From Candidatus Saccharimonadales bacterium (lineage in GTDB: Bacteria; Patescibacteriota; Saccharimonadia; Saccharimonadales; DASZAF01): a stretch of 64,000 bases of DNA. The DNA is taken from positions 39,053-103,052 of the forward strand of contig DATIIB010000003.1 of the NCBI GenBank assembly GCA_035480055.1. Reading direction: 5' to 3'. A model generated the notes under the pieces. It had not been told where the DNA came from, did not search any database, and was given only the letters and a program-made list of their open reading frames with translations. This document shows positions 36,633 to 45,076 of this stretch, piece after piece. Positions within the stretch are counted from its first letter, which is position 1, and every line of letters begins with the position of its first letter. Position numbers and translations under genes: made by a program.

Positions 36633-37025
36633 ATGAAAACCATACTCCTTATCGAAGACGACGCCTGGCTGGGCGAACTGTATAGCGACGTGCTCCGTGC
36701 CGCTGGCTTTGCGGTGGTGCATGCCCTAGACGGCCAAACAGGTATCGAAAAATTAGACGAAACCCCAATCGATCTCATCATCCTGGACTTGCTCCTCTCT
36801 GGGCATAACGGCATTGGAGTGCTGCATGAGCTGCGGTCGTATCCTGACTTGGCTGAGATTCCTGTCATTATCCAAAGCAACCTTGAGCCCGAGCGGAGCG
36901 GGTTGCACCGCGATGCGTGGCACGCGTATGGGGTGGTGGAATACATCTTTAAGGTTGACGCGCGCCCGCAAGAGTTGGTTCGGGCAGCTAGCCGAATTAT
37001 AGGAGCGCCGCATGAAACAGTTTAA
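36633..37025 (+). CDS. Single-domain (receiver-only) response regulator
   Basis: 130 aa of CheY-like receiver (LLIEDDA, DLIILDLLL); starts 3 nt after the kinase stop. Confidence 0.85.
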   Translation: MKTILLIEDDAWLGELYSDVLRAAGFAVVHALDGQTGIEKLDETPIDLIILDLLLSGHNGIGVLHELRSYPDLAEIPVIIQSNLEPERSGLHRDAWHAYGVVEYIFKVDARPQELVRAASRIIGAPHETV

Positions 37026-37680
37026 AACCACAGCCATTGTGCTGCGACGTGTGAATTATGGCGAGGCTGATCGGATTATCAGTTTTATTACCTCTGACCA
37101 CGGCAAAGTAAGCGCGATTGCCAAAGGCGTGCGCCGCTCGGGGAGTAAACTTGGTGGTGGGCTCGAACCGTTTAGCGAATCGACCATTACTTTTGGGGCG
37201 GGCAGGGGAGAACTTGCGATCGTGCTTTCTACTCGTCTGGAGAAGTTTTACAAAAATATTATGACCGATTACGACCGGCTGCAACTTGGCTACGAAGCGC
37301 TCAAGCTGGTCGACCGCTCAACCGAAGACGTGGTGGATCGTTCGTTCTACGAGCTACTGCGCCGCACCTTTATCTATTTGGACGAACTAAGTATTGCAAC
37401 AGGCTTTACCGAATTGTGGTTTCGCATGCAGCTCGAAGATTTGCTAGGCCGTTCGCCAGATCTCACCACCGACATTGAAGGAAACAAGCTGCAAGAAGAC
37501 GCAACCTATACCTACGATGTCCATGAACGCGGTCTGGCCAAAAGTGGCTTTGGAAATCTAACCGCAGCGCATATTAAGCTACTAAGGTTGGCGCGAGACC
37601 ACTCGCCGGCTGTGCTGGCCCAGGTGCAGGGTGCGGAACAACTTCTGCCGGGGTGCTTGGAGTTTGTGCGGATTCTGTAG
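37012..37680 (+). CDS. recO: DNA repair protein RecO
   Basis: 222 aa; an N-terminal OB pattern like T.AIVLRRVNYGEADRII.F.T...GK...AKG.RR is typical of RecO. Overlaps the regulator by 14 nt. Confidence 0.8.
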   Translation: MKQFKTTAIVLRRVNYGEADRIISFITSDHGKVSAIAKGVRRSGSKLGGGLEPFSESTITFGAGRGELAIVLSTRLEKFYKNIMTDYDRLQLGYEALKLVDRSTEDVVDRSFYELLRRTFIYLDELSIATGFTELWFRMQLEDLLGRSPDLTTDIEGNKLQEDATYTYDVHERGLAKSGFGNLTAAHIKLLRLARDHSPAVLAQVQGAEQLLPGCLEFVRIL

Positions 37681-37873
37681 CTTCAATATGGAAGTAGCGG
37701 ACGACACCATCTTCGCCAATTTCGGCTCTTGGAGCGCTGCCCACAGTAATTGTCGTAACAGCCAGGCCCAGCATATCCTGTGCTTCGCGAGTTGGTTCTT
37801 GCTCAGCGTTAGTGATAGTAGTATTGTCGGCTGCCTCGTGAGACGTTGAAGTTCCTGACGCTTCGGTGTTCAT
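37574..37873 (-). CDS. Possible small acidic protein (99 aa), convergently overlapping the recO 3' end
   Basis: ATG preceded by AAGGGA 5 nt upstream. The first ~60 codons fill an otherwise empty 340-nt gap. No homology recognised, and the 107-nt overlap with recO is suspicious. Confidence 0.25.
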   Translation of the reverse strand: MNTEASGTSTSHEAADNTTITNAEQEPTREAQDMLGLAVTTITVGSAPRAEIGEDGVVRYFHIEATESAQTPSTPAEVVPHPAPGPAQPASGLAPTLVA

Positions 37874-38007
37874 AGATTTCCCTTATTGATTAAACAAAGT
37901 ATTAGTCCAGGTATACGCGCATGGGCGATGCTTGTCAAGGAGGCCATCTGAGGTTGTAGTATATAAAACTGCAAAAGCGGAGACTGGTCGATGCTCACTT
38001 CTTGAGG

Positions 38008-38013
38008 TATAAT
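38008..38013 (+). promoter_or_regulatory. -10 TATAAT, 7 nt from the glyQS ATG
   Basis: TATAAT at 38008-13; ATG at 38021. Confidence 0.5.
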
Positions 38014-38020
38014 CGCCTCA

Positions 38021-39394
38021 ATGAGTAATGTGACTTTAGATGATATAACCAGTTTGTGTAAGCGCCGCGGATTTGTGTATCCGGGTAGCGAGATTTATGG
38101 CGGTGAGGCTGGCTTGTACGACTTTGGCCCAAACGGGGTAGAGTTGCTCAACAACATCAAGAAATCCTGGTGGAAAGCCAATGTCTATGACCGCGATAAT
38201 TTTGTGGGTCTGGATTCTGCTATTTTCAAACACCCTAAGGTCTGGGAAGCTTCAGGTCACATCGGCGGCTTTTCTGACCCGCTGGCAGAGTGCAAGGTCT
38301 GCCACACCCGGATCCGCGTGGATAAAGAGCTCGAAGCAGTTGGTGTTACCGCTGACGAAAAGATGAGCGAAGAAGAACTCAACAAGCTATTTGACGAAAA
38401 CCGAGACAAAATCAAATGCCCCAAGTGTGGAAGCAAAGATTTTAGCAGCGTCAAAGCCTTTAACCTGCTGGTAAAGTCCAACCTGGGCGATTTTACCGGG
38501 GAAGAAGAGCGACCAGTATATTTGCCTGGTGAAGCTTGTCAAGGTATCTACCTCAACTTCAAAAACGTGGTCGACACCATGCCGGTCAAAATTCCCTTTG
38601 GCATTGCGCAAATTGGTAAAGCGTTTCGGAACGAGATTAGCCCACGTAATTTTCTGTTCCGCACCCGCGAGTTAGAGCAGGCGGACACTCAGTATTTTGT
38701 GAAGCCACACGAGAATAAAGAAGCTTACGAACAGATTAAGCAAACTCGTTGGAAGTGGTATCTTTCGCTCGGTATCAAAGAAGAAAACCTGCGCTGGAAG
38801 CAGCATGAGAATCTGGTATTTTACGCTGCCGACGCCTGGGATATTGAATATAATTATCCGTCACTTGGTTTTGATGAAGTGGAAGGTGTGCATGATCGCA
38901 CCAATTATGATTTGACGCAGCACATGAAGTTTTCTGGCGTGGACTTGCAGTACACTGACCCAACCACGCATGAAAAATACATTCCGTGGATTTTGGAAAC
39001 CTCGATGGGAATGGGCCGAATCTTTTTGGCCGTACTATGCAACGCCTATACTGTTGAAGAGTTGCCAAATGGCGAAACGCGCACCGTTTTGAAACTACAG
39101 CCAGAGCTTGCGCCAGTCAAAGTGGCTGTTTCGCCACTGCTTAAGAACAAGCCAGAGCTGGTAGAAAAAGCCCGCGAAGTGTTTGTCACGCTCAAAAAAG
39201 AGCTTGGTAACGTGGTATGGGACGATAACGGCAACATCGGTAAACGCTATCGCCGCCAAGACGAAATCGGCACGCCATTTTGCGTGACTATCGACTTTGA
39301 TACCTTGCAGGACAACACGGTGACGGTACGAAACCGCGATACCACCGAGCAAGAACGCGTACCCATTGAGGAACTATTGCAACACATTGCGTAA
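38021..39394 (+). CDS. glyQS: Glycyl-tRNA synthetase (homodimeric alpha2 type)
   Basis: 457 aa; an N-terminus like ....CKRRGFVYPGSEIYGG is typical of GlyQS. Class II motifs and a C-terminal anticodon-binding domain. Confidence 0.9.
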   Translation: MSNVTLDDITSLCKRRGFVYPGSEIYGGEAGLYDFGPNGVELLNNIKKSWWKANVYDRDNFVGLDSAIFKHPKVWEASGHIGGFSDPLAECKVCHTRIRVDKELEAVGVTADEKMSEEELNKLFDENRDKIKCPKCGSKDFSSVKAFNLLVKSNLGDFTGEEERPVYLPGEACQGIYLNFKNVVDTMPVKIPFGIAQIGKAFRNEISPRNFLFRTRELEQADTQYFVKPHENKEAYEQIKQTRWKWYLSLGIKEENLRWKQHENLVFYAADAWDIEYNYPSLGFDEVEGVHDRTNYDLTQHMKFSGVDLQYTDPTTHEKYIPWILETSMGMGRIFLAVLCNAYTVEELPNGETRTVLKLQPELAPVKVAVSPLLKNKPELVEKAREVFVTLKKELGNVVWDDNGNIGKRYRRQDEIGTPFCVTIDFDTLQDNTVTVRNRDTTEQERVPIEELLQHIA

Positions 39395-40446
39395 TGGACA
39401 CTGTCAAAACGCCGTATATTAAGTACCACGGAAGCGTTCTGCTGCAGGACGTGACAGTGCTGGCTATTCCCGAGACGATCACGGTTGAGGGATATACATT
39501 GCACCGCAAAAAAGAATTTCATATCACGCTTACCAATCGCGAAAAGTTGGCGGCAAGTATTGATCCATCACGGGTTGCAGAGATTGCCAAGGAGCTCGAG
39601 GAAGAATTCAAGGCGTATCATGCGGCCCACCCGGTTGTGGAGTATGAACTGGAAAACACATTTTACTTTGTGCAAAGCGACTCGCGCAAATCGGTCATCG
39701 CTATGGCCAAAGTGCCGGCGCTTAAGGGATTCTTTACGCGAGTGCGCCAAAAATATGGCGTGAATGTGCCAGAGCAACCAACGCATGTGACGCTCTATAC
39801 CTTATTGCCGGATACCGTCGGCATTGGCTTACGCTCGCTGCAGGAATTGCACCAGCTGAGCACCAAAATCCAGCTGGATCTGCGAGTGACGCCCAATATT
39901 TTGCCGCGAGCTAAGTTTGGCAACCCCATCTTACGCCAAAAAGCGAGGCTGCTTACGCCCCAAGAAATTTGCAGTGAGCATATGCAAAATCTGATCGCTG
40001 ACATTCGCTACACGTTGCTTAAAAAGCCATACGGTGTCGGCATGGCTGCGCCCCAGGTGGGGGAGAGCTTGGCGTTTTCGGTGATTGGCATCAAGCCCAC
40101 GCCAACTCGCCCGAACCGCGAGAAATTTGATATGATCATCTGTAATCCCGAAATCATAGAAATATTTGGCCGTCGCACCAGTATGTGGGAAGGGTGCATC
40201 AGCTGCGGCACTGGCACCGATACGCTGTACGCCAAAGTGCCGCGCTACAAAAAAATCAAACTGCGTTGGCTCGACGAGCACGCTCAATCACATGAGGAAA
40301 TCTTGGAGGGTCTGCCGGCTCATGTTGCCCAACACGAGGTGGATCATCTGCAGGGCATACTGTTTGTGGATCGCGTCAAGGATACCACGAGTTACATGAT
40401 GGCCGACGAGTTTAAAAAACGAGTGGCCAAGCCAAACAAAAAATAG
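39394..40446 (+). CDS. def: Fusion protein: N-terminal 2H-phosphoesterase-like domain + C-terminal peptide deformylase
   Basis: The C-terminal ~180 aa carries all three PDF motifs (GVGMAAPQVG, EGCIS, HEVDHLQG). The N-terminal ~170 aa carries two H-x-T-x motifs (HITL at aa 43, HVTL at aa 131) spaced as in LigT/2H enzymes. TAATG overlap with glyQS. Confidence 0.75.
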   Translation: MDTVKTPYIKYHGSVLLQDVTVLAIPETITVEGYTLHRKKEFHITLTNREKLAASIDPSRVAEIAKELEEEFKAYHAAHPVVEYELENTFYFVQSDSRKSVIAMAKVPALKGFFTRVRQKYGVNVPEQPTHVTLYTLLPDTVGIGLRSLQELHQLSTKIQLDLRVTPNILPRAKFGNPILRQKARLLTPQEICSEHMQNLIADIRYTLLKKPYGVGMAAPQVGESLAFSVIGIKPTPTRPNREKFDMIICNPEIIEIFGRRTSMWEGCISCGTGTDTLYAKVPRYKKIKLRWLDEHAQSHEEILEGLPAHVAQHEVDHLQGILFVDRVKDTTSYMMADEFKKRVAKPNKK

Positions 40447-40450
40447 CCGC

Positions 40451-41128
40451 ATGACAAACTCAGAACTTCCTTTGCAAAAGATTGTGTGGGACCTTGATGG
40501 TACCATCGTGGACAGCTTTAGTATCCACGAAGCTATCCTTGAGCAAGTATTGCCAGTACATGATCTGGAGCTGCCACCGCGTGAAGAGCTGTTGGCGCAT
40601 TTTCATGGACAGTTGCATGAATCGATTGGCGGTTTGCTTGGAGCGCGCGTTTCTGAAGCGCAACTGCAGCAGATTATCAAAGATTTTCTGGTTGTTGATG
40701 ACGCATATATTACGCACCCCGACGATCATTTTTTCCGCGACGCAGTTGATCTGGCGAACCGGGCGTATGCGCAGGGCATTGAGCAACTTGTAGTGACCAA
40801 TCGTGCGCACGGCGTTGACCGAGGGAACGCCAGCCCACGGACGATGCTCCAAAATTCGGCTTTGCGCCATATGATCAACCGGGTGATTTGTGGCGATGAG
40901 GGCGAGCACCGCAAGCCAGCTGCCGCGGTGCTTCAGGGTGTGGACTTTGATCCAGGCACCACTCTGGTGGTTGGCGATCAGTTTGTTGACGCCCGTTTTG
41001 CCTGTAATCTAGGCGCCCGTGCAGTGTTGGTCTGTCGCCATGATGCTATCCCGCATCTCGAGCAACTGCCGGAAGGCTGGCAGGCGAGTGTGCAGATTGT
41101 TCATTCTCTTGACGAAGTCCAGCTGTAG
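40451..41128 (+). CDS. HAD-superfamily hydrolase (phosphatase-like)
   Basis: Motif I WDLDGTIVDS, motif II TNR, motif IV GDQFVD. Confidence 0.75.
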   Translation: MTNSELPLQKIVWDLDGTIVDSFSIHEAILEQVLPVHDLELPPREELLAHFHGQLHESIGGLLGARVSEAQLQQIIKDFLVVDDAYITHPDDHFFRDAVDLANRAYAQGIEQLVVTNRAHGVDRGNASPRTMLQNSALRHMINRVICGDEGEHRKPAAAVLQGVDFDPGTTLVVGDQFVDARFACNLGARAVLVCRHDAIPHLEQLPEGWQASVQIVHSLDEVQL

Positions 41129-41131
41129 CTC

Positions 41132-41140
41132 TGCTATACT
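41132..41140 (+). promoter_or_regulatory. Extended -10 (TGCTATACT), 6 nt from the rnhA ATG
   Basis: Hexamer at 41135-40; ATG at 41147. Confidence 0.45.
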
Positions 41141-41146
41141 TACCAC

Positions 41147-41563
41147 ATGATTGTCTACCACACTGACGGCAGCGCCAGTCCTAATCCAGGCCCAGGCGGC
41201 TTTGCAGTTATTCGCAATATGACGCCCCAGGTGCTGGGTCGCGAGCCAAATACCACAAACATCCGTATGGAAGGCAAGGCGATTATTGCCGCGCTAAAAG
41301 ACGCCGGCGGTGACCCGTGCGAGATCCATACGGACAGCGAATTTTGGATCAATGTGATTACCAAATGGTCGCTTGGCTGGGAAAAGAATGGCTGGAAGAA
41401 AAAAGGCGGCGAGATCAAAAACCTCGACATTGTGCGAGAAGTCTGCCCGCTCTTTCGCAATGCGCAGGCAACACTGATATGGGTTCGTGGACACAATAAC
41501 GATCCAGGCAATGAACTCGCCGACGAATGGGCGAACAAAGCCCGCCGCGGCGCAGTACTTTAA
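41147..41563 (+). CDS. rnhA: Ribonuclease HI
   Basis: 138 aa; YHTDGSASPNPGPGGFAV, ...EG.A.I.AL, HTDS and NE.AD.A are catalytic DEDD-type motifs. Confidence 0.85.
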   Translation: MIVYHTDGSASPNPGPGGFAVIRNMTPQVLGREPNTTNIRMEGKAIIAALKDAGGDPCEIHTDSEFWINVITKWSLGWEKNGWKKKGGEIKNLDIVREVCPLFRNAQATLIWVRGHNNDPGNELADEWANKARRGAVL

Positions 41564-42063
41564 AGGTAAGAGCCAGGAACGTCTGGATCAACGGTTTGCA
41601 AACTTGCAACCTGCTCGTCGATCCTCTTGAGCATGCTTATTTCGTGCGGAGTTGCCGCAAGGCCTGCGAATGTTAGCTTGGGCTCAGCCCCGATAATAAG
41701 ACCACTTGGTGATCTCTCCTCCTTCCAAATCTCTGCGGGTTCAAGTCGCGTTGCTAAGACTTTGGCCCCAAGCAACTTCTTTCGCCAGGCCGCTGCACTC
41801 GCGTCGGCGAGTTCTCCCAAATTTTGGTACGAAGGATCGCTGACTGCGTGGGCTGCACGATCTGCCTCGTCGTTACCTGTCGGAGTGAACCTCAGCCCTT
41901 CAGGTGGCAAAGCCAGCTTGGAAGGCTGTTGCGGTAACTCAACCTCTGCCAGCACTGCTGCTAAAAAAGTGGTGACGACTAATCCGCTTGGTCGTTCTTC
42001 GACCCGTTGGTAATCGGCACGGATAAGCCCTGTGTGAACTTCGTGATTAAACGTATATGGCAT
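41560..42063 (-). CDS. Hypothetical protein (167 aa)
   Basis: A perfect AAGGAGG SD lies 4 nt upstream of the ATG, 11 nt downstream of the PsiE-like gene. No family recognised. Confidence 0.6.
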   Translation of the reverse strand: MPYTFNHEVHTGLIRADYQRVEERPSGLVVTTFLAAVLAEVELPQQPSKLALPPEGLRFTPTGNDEADRAAHAVSDPSYQNLGELADASAAAWRKKLLGAKVLATRLEPAEIWKEERSPSGLIIGAEPKLTFAGLAATPHEISMLKRIDEQVASLQTVDPDVPGSYL

Positions 42064-42074
42064 AAATCCTCCTT

Positions 42075-42512
42075 TTAATCCTCGTGGTCAGGCGCGAACT
42101 TGACTACGCTAATGCGTACCGCAGCTAATGTGGCAATAACCACCGATATGCTTATAGATTGCTGCAAATCTGCCTGCTTGAACCACAAGCGGACTACCTC
42201 GTTAAGCATAATGATCAAAATAGTATCAACAATGTAGCGAACATGCACGCGACCGTCTTTGAGATAGCCCAAAACCGTAATGGTCACCTCTACCAAAGCT
42301 AAGATAAAGACGATATCTAGCAAAATATTTTGCAAAAGAGTGCTTAACGGTTTATGAATATCACTCAGCAAATCATAACCCGATTTCACCACTCCCATAG
42401 CCAGAGCGAGCGTAGTGATGACTACCAAGATATTGAGCAGAATTCGGGTGACAGTGGCAAAATAGACGGTCACTTGGGTGAAGATTCGTTGGTGTTTGAC
42501 AATAAGCTTCAT
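42075..42512 (-). CDS. PsiE-like (phosphate-starvation-inducible E family) membrane protein
   Basis: 4 TM helices of PsiE-like size and pattern. The ATG at 42512 is preferred over the TTG at 42521. Confidence 0.55.
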   Translation of the reverse strand: MKLIVKHQRIFTQVTVYFATVTRILLNILVVITTLALAMGVVKSGYDLLSDIHKPLSTLLQNILLDIVFILALVEVTITVLGYLKDGRVHVRYIVDTILIIMLNEVVRLWFKQADLQQSISISVVIATLAAVRISVVKFAPDHED

Positions 42513-42561
42513 CGTCTCCAATTTGTATCAGGTTTTGCCTTTTATGTAAAACAGCGCCAAG

Positions 42562-42590
42562 TTGCCAAGCCGGTTACTTCCGCGCATACT
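42562..42590 (+). promoter_or_regulatory. Promoter-like TTGCCA-17 nt-CATACT upstream of the AlkD-like gene
   Basis: The hexamer ends 3 nt before ATG 42594 and 9 nt before ATG 42600, favouring 42600 as a leaderless start. Confidence 0.45.
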
Positions 42591-42593
42591 TAG

Positions 42594-43310
42594 ATGGACA
42601 TGACAGCAGCAGAGGTTACAAAGGCGCTACGAGCGCACGCCAGTGCAGAGGATGCGGTGTTTTTGCAGCGCTTTTTTAAAACTGGAGAAGGGGAGTATGG
42701 GGCTGGCGATGTTTTTATTGGCGTCCGGGTTCCGGCAACTCGTGCAGTCTGCAAGCAGTTTAAAGAGCTGCCGCTTACCGAAATCCAAAAATTGCTCGAC
42801 AGCAACGTGCATGAATATCGCTTGGCAGCACTGATCCTACTGGGGAACAAATATGCCAAGGCAGATCCCGCCACGCAAAAACAGATCTATACTCTGTATC
42901 TCCAAAACGTCGCCGCTGGACGAGTCAACAATTGGGATCTGGTGGATAGCTCGGCAGAGTTGATTGTGGGACCGTATTTGGAGGACCGACCGCGTGAGCC
43001 TTTGGCGCGACTGGCTAAGAGCGACAATCTTTGGCAAAAGCGAGTGGCAATGGTGAGCACCTTTTATTATCTGAAGCATGGCGACCCTGTGACCACTATC
43101 GAAATTGCCGAAATACTCCTGCATGATCCCAATGATCTTATCCAAAAAGCGGTTGGCTGGATGCTACGAGAAATGGGCAAAAAAGTGGACGAAGAAGTGC
43201 TCATCGACTTCCTGGAAAAGCATGCCGCTACCATGCCACGGACCATGCTGCGCTATGCGATTGAACGTCTCTCGCCGACTCAAAAAGCGCATTTTATGGC
43301 GGTAAAGTAA
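42594..43310 (+). CDS. DNA alkylation repair protein (AlkD-like HEAT-repeat glycosylase family)
   Basis: A.FLQRFFKTGEGEYGAGD.FIGVRVP..R followed by a HEYR..A..LL pattern, typical of the DNA_alkylation family. An alternative leaderless ATG lies at 42600. Confidence 0.7.
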   Translation: MDMTAAEVTKALRAHASAEDAVFLQRFFKTGEGEYGAGDVFIGVRVPATRAVCKQFKELPLTEIQKLLDSNVHEYRLAALILLGNKYAKADPATQKQIYTLYLQNVAAGRVNNWDLVDSSAELIVGPYLEDRPREPLARLAKSDNLWQKRVAMVSTFYYLKHGDPVTTIEIAEILLHDPNDLIQKAVGWMLREMGKKVDEEVLIDFLEKHAATMPRTMLRYAIERLSPTQKAHFMAVK

Positions 43311-43319
43311 TGGTATACT
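43311..43319 (+). promoter_or_regulatory. Extended -10 (TGGTATACT) upstream of the DUF2268-like gene
   Basis: 22 nt to ATG 43342, with an AAGGGA SD in between. Confidence 0.4.
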
Positions 43320-43341
43320 CACTCTATCGAAAGGGACGCAG

Positions 43342-43977
43342 ATGAAAGTTTTGTTTGCCGAATCGCGCTTTTGGAATACACACCCCGAACTCCAGGAGGA
43401 GTACAAAAAAGAGGTTGCGACGACGTTTCGCGAAGTCAGAAAGTTATTGCCCTCGATTCACAAATCGATCACCTTTGTGGTGCAGGTGAATAAACATGAA
43501 ACCATGCCAGAGTACGGGACCGGCGGTGCGACGCGTAATAGCGAGCTTATACTGCTCTTTTTGGATTCCAAATTGCCATACGGTGAAAGAGGGTTGCTGG
43601 CAAATACCCGCGAGATAGTGTTCCATGAACTCAACCACGCTGCGCGCTATGCGATTCCCATTTGGCATAAAAGCTTTTTGGACAGCTGCTTGATGGAAGG
43701 ACTTGCGACCGTGTTTGAGCGTGACCGAGCGGGGAGTAAGCCACTGTATGGTATTTACGACTTAAGCGAAGTAACCGACTGGCTACGCGAGCTGCAAGAG
43801 GGAAATCCGGAAAGCAGATGGCAGGAATATATGTTTCGGCACGGAGACGGACGTCGATGGATTGGCTACAAAGTGGGGACGTATCTTATCGATGAAGCTC
43901 TGCAACGCAGCGGCAAGAGTATCGAAGCGCTGACGCTCATGGAATGTCAGGATATCCTCAAGGCTGCACAGTTCTAA
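43342..43977 (+). CDS. DUF2268-like predicted zinc metalloprotease
   Basis: HELNH (HExxH) motif in a ~210-aa protein resembling the DUF2268 family. Confidence 0.5.
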   Translation: MKVLFAESRFWNTHPELQEEYKKEVATTFREVRKLLPSIHKSITFVVQVNKHETMPEYGTGGATRNSELILLFLDSKLPYGERGLLANTREIVFHELNHAARYAIPIWHKSFLDSCLMEGLATVFERDRAGSKPLYGIYDLSEVTDWLRELQEGNPESRWQEYMFRHGDGRRWIGYKVGTYLIDEALQRSGKSIEALTLMECQDILKAAQF

Positions 43978-44093
43978 CTCAGTCGCGCAACATGCTAGCG
44001 CCTTTCTTGAAAGTACGGCATACTACATAGAGCAAGAGCACACCACGTGTGACTCTTTCTTTTATGCTAAAACTAACAAGGAAATACAGACAC

Positions 44094-45071
44094 ATGGACC
44101 AAGACCAACAGCAGCAACAGCCCTCACTCCATCAACAAGAGACCGATATTTTTGCCTGGGCCGGCCATGTGGAAAGCGCCAGAGACGCCTTGGAAGTGGA
44201 TCTGTATTTGTTTAACAAAAAATACACCGTGTATAGTGCCCATGTTGCGCGCGAGTTAGAACTGCAGCTCAAGCAGCTCTTTCTGTTTGAAATGCTTAAT
44301 TACGTGTCCTCAGGACCTGATCAGGGCATGGTGGTGCGAACTTTTGAGGAAGCCGAAGGTGAAGAGCTGGTGATTCAGCGAACCCAGCTGGCAAATGTGG
44401 AAAACGCGACATATATCTTGCATCAGATTGAAGAACCGGACGAGGAAGTGCAGCTTTTCCGCGATGATGAACATGACTTCAAACGTATCAAAGGTATTGT
44501 GGCGCGTTTTTCGCACCCCAGTATGCCGCGACCGTTTTACGTGGTGAAGCTGGTGCAGCAATCGCAGGTGCTAAAGGGCAAAACGGCTTGGCTGCTGGAT
44601 GGCAACAGCTTTAAGCCATTTACCGCTGATGCCGGTTTTAAAGTTGCGCCAGATAATCAGGTGGTCATTGTGGCAGAGGATATCTTCGTCTTTAATCAAC
44701 GCCGATTTGAAACCCTTTTTGGCTACAATGCCAAGCAACAACTTATTGCCAAGCAAAAGGTGGCCCAGATCGAAAACCTCTACAAGCTGAGCTTTCCAGA
44801 AGGTATGGACCTTAATAGCCTGGTCAAAGACAAAAAAAGCACGATCAAAAAGTTGCAGAACCTTGAAGTTGGCCGCGTTAAGCAAGACGAGCTATTGGAT
44901 CACGCCGAAGAGATGGGCGTGGAGCTCATGACCGACGAAGGCGGAGCGATTATCATCATGGATGGCAAAGATCTGGATAAGTTTGTTAATTTGCTCAACG
45001 ATGATTATGTGGAGTCGGGCTTAACCGGCACTAAGTATGAGATTCGCGGCAAACGAGTGCTTGGCGAATAA
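44094..45071 (+). CDS. Hypothetical protein, possibly DUF4868/KwaB-like
   Basis: 325 aa with a Gln-rich N-terminus. Overall length and sequence style (…DIFVFNQRRFETLFGY…, C-terminal LLNDDYVESGLTGTKY) remind me of DUF4868 proteins. Unverified without an HMM search. AAGGAAA SD upstream of ATG 44094. Confidence 0.35.
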   Translation: MDQDQQQQQPSLHQQETDIFAWAGHVESARDALEVDLYLFNKKYTVYSAHVARELELQLKQLFLFEMLNYVSSGPDQGMVVRTFEEAEGEELVIQRTQLANVENATYILHQIEEPDEEVQLFRDDEHDFKRIKGIVARFSHPSMPRPFYVVKLVQQSQVLKGKTAWLLDGNSFKPFTADAGFKVAPDNQVVIVAEDIFVFNQRRFETLFGYNAKQQLIAKQKVAQIENLYKLSFPEGMDLNSLVKDKKSTIKKLQNLEVGRVKQDELLDHAEEMGVELMTDEGGAIIIMDGKDLDKFVNLLNDDYVESGLTGTKYEIRGKRVLGE

Positions 45072-45076
45072 GCCAC

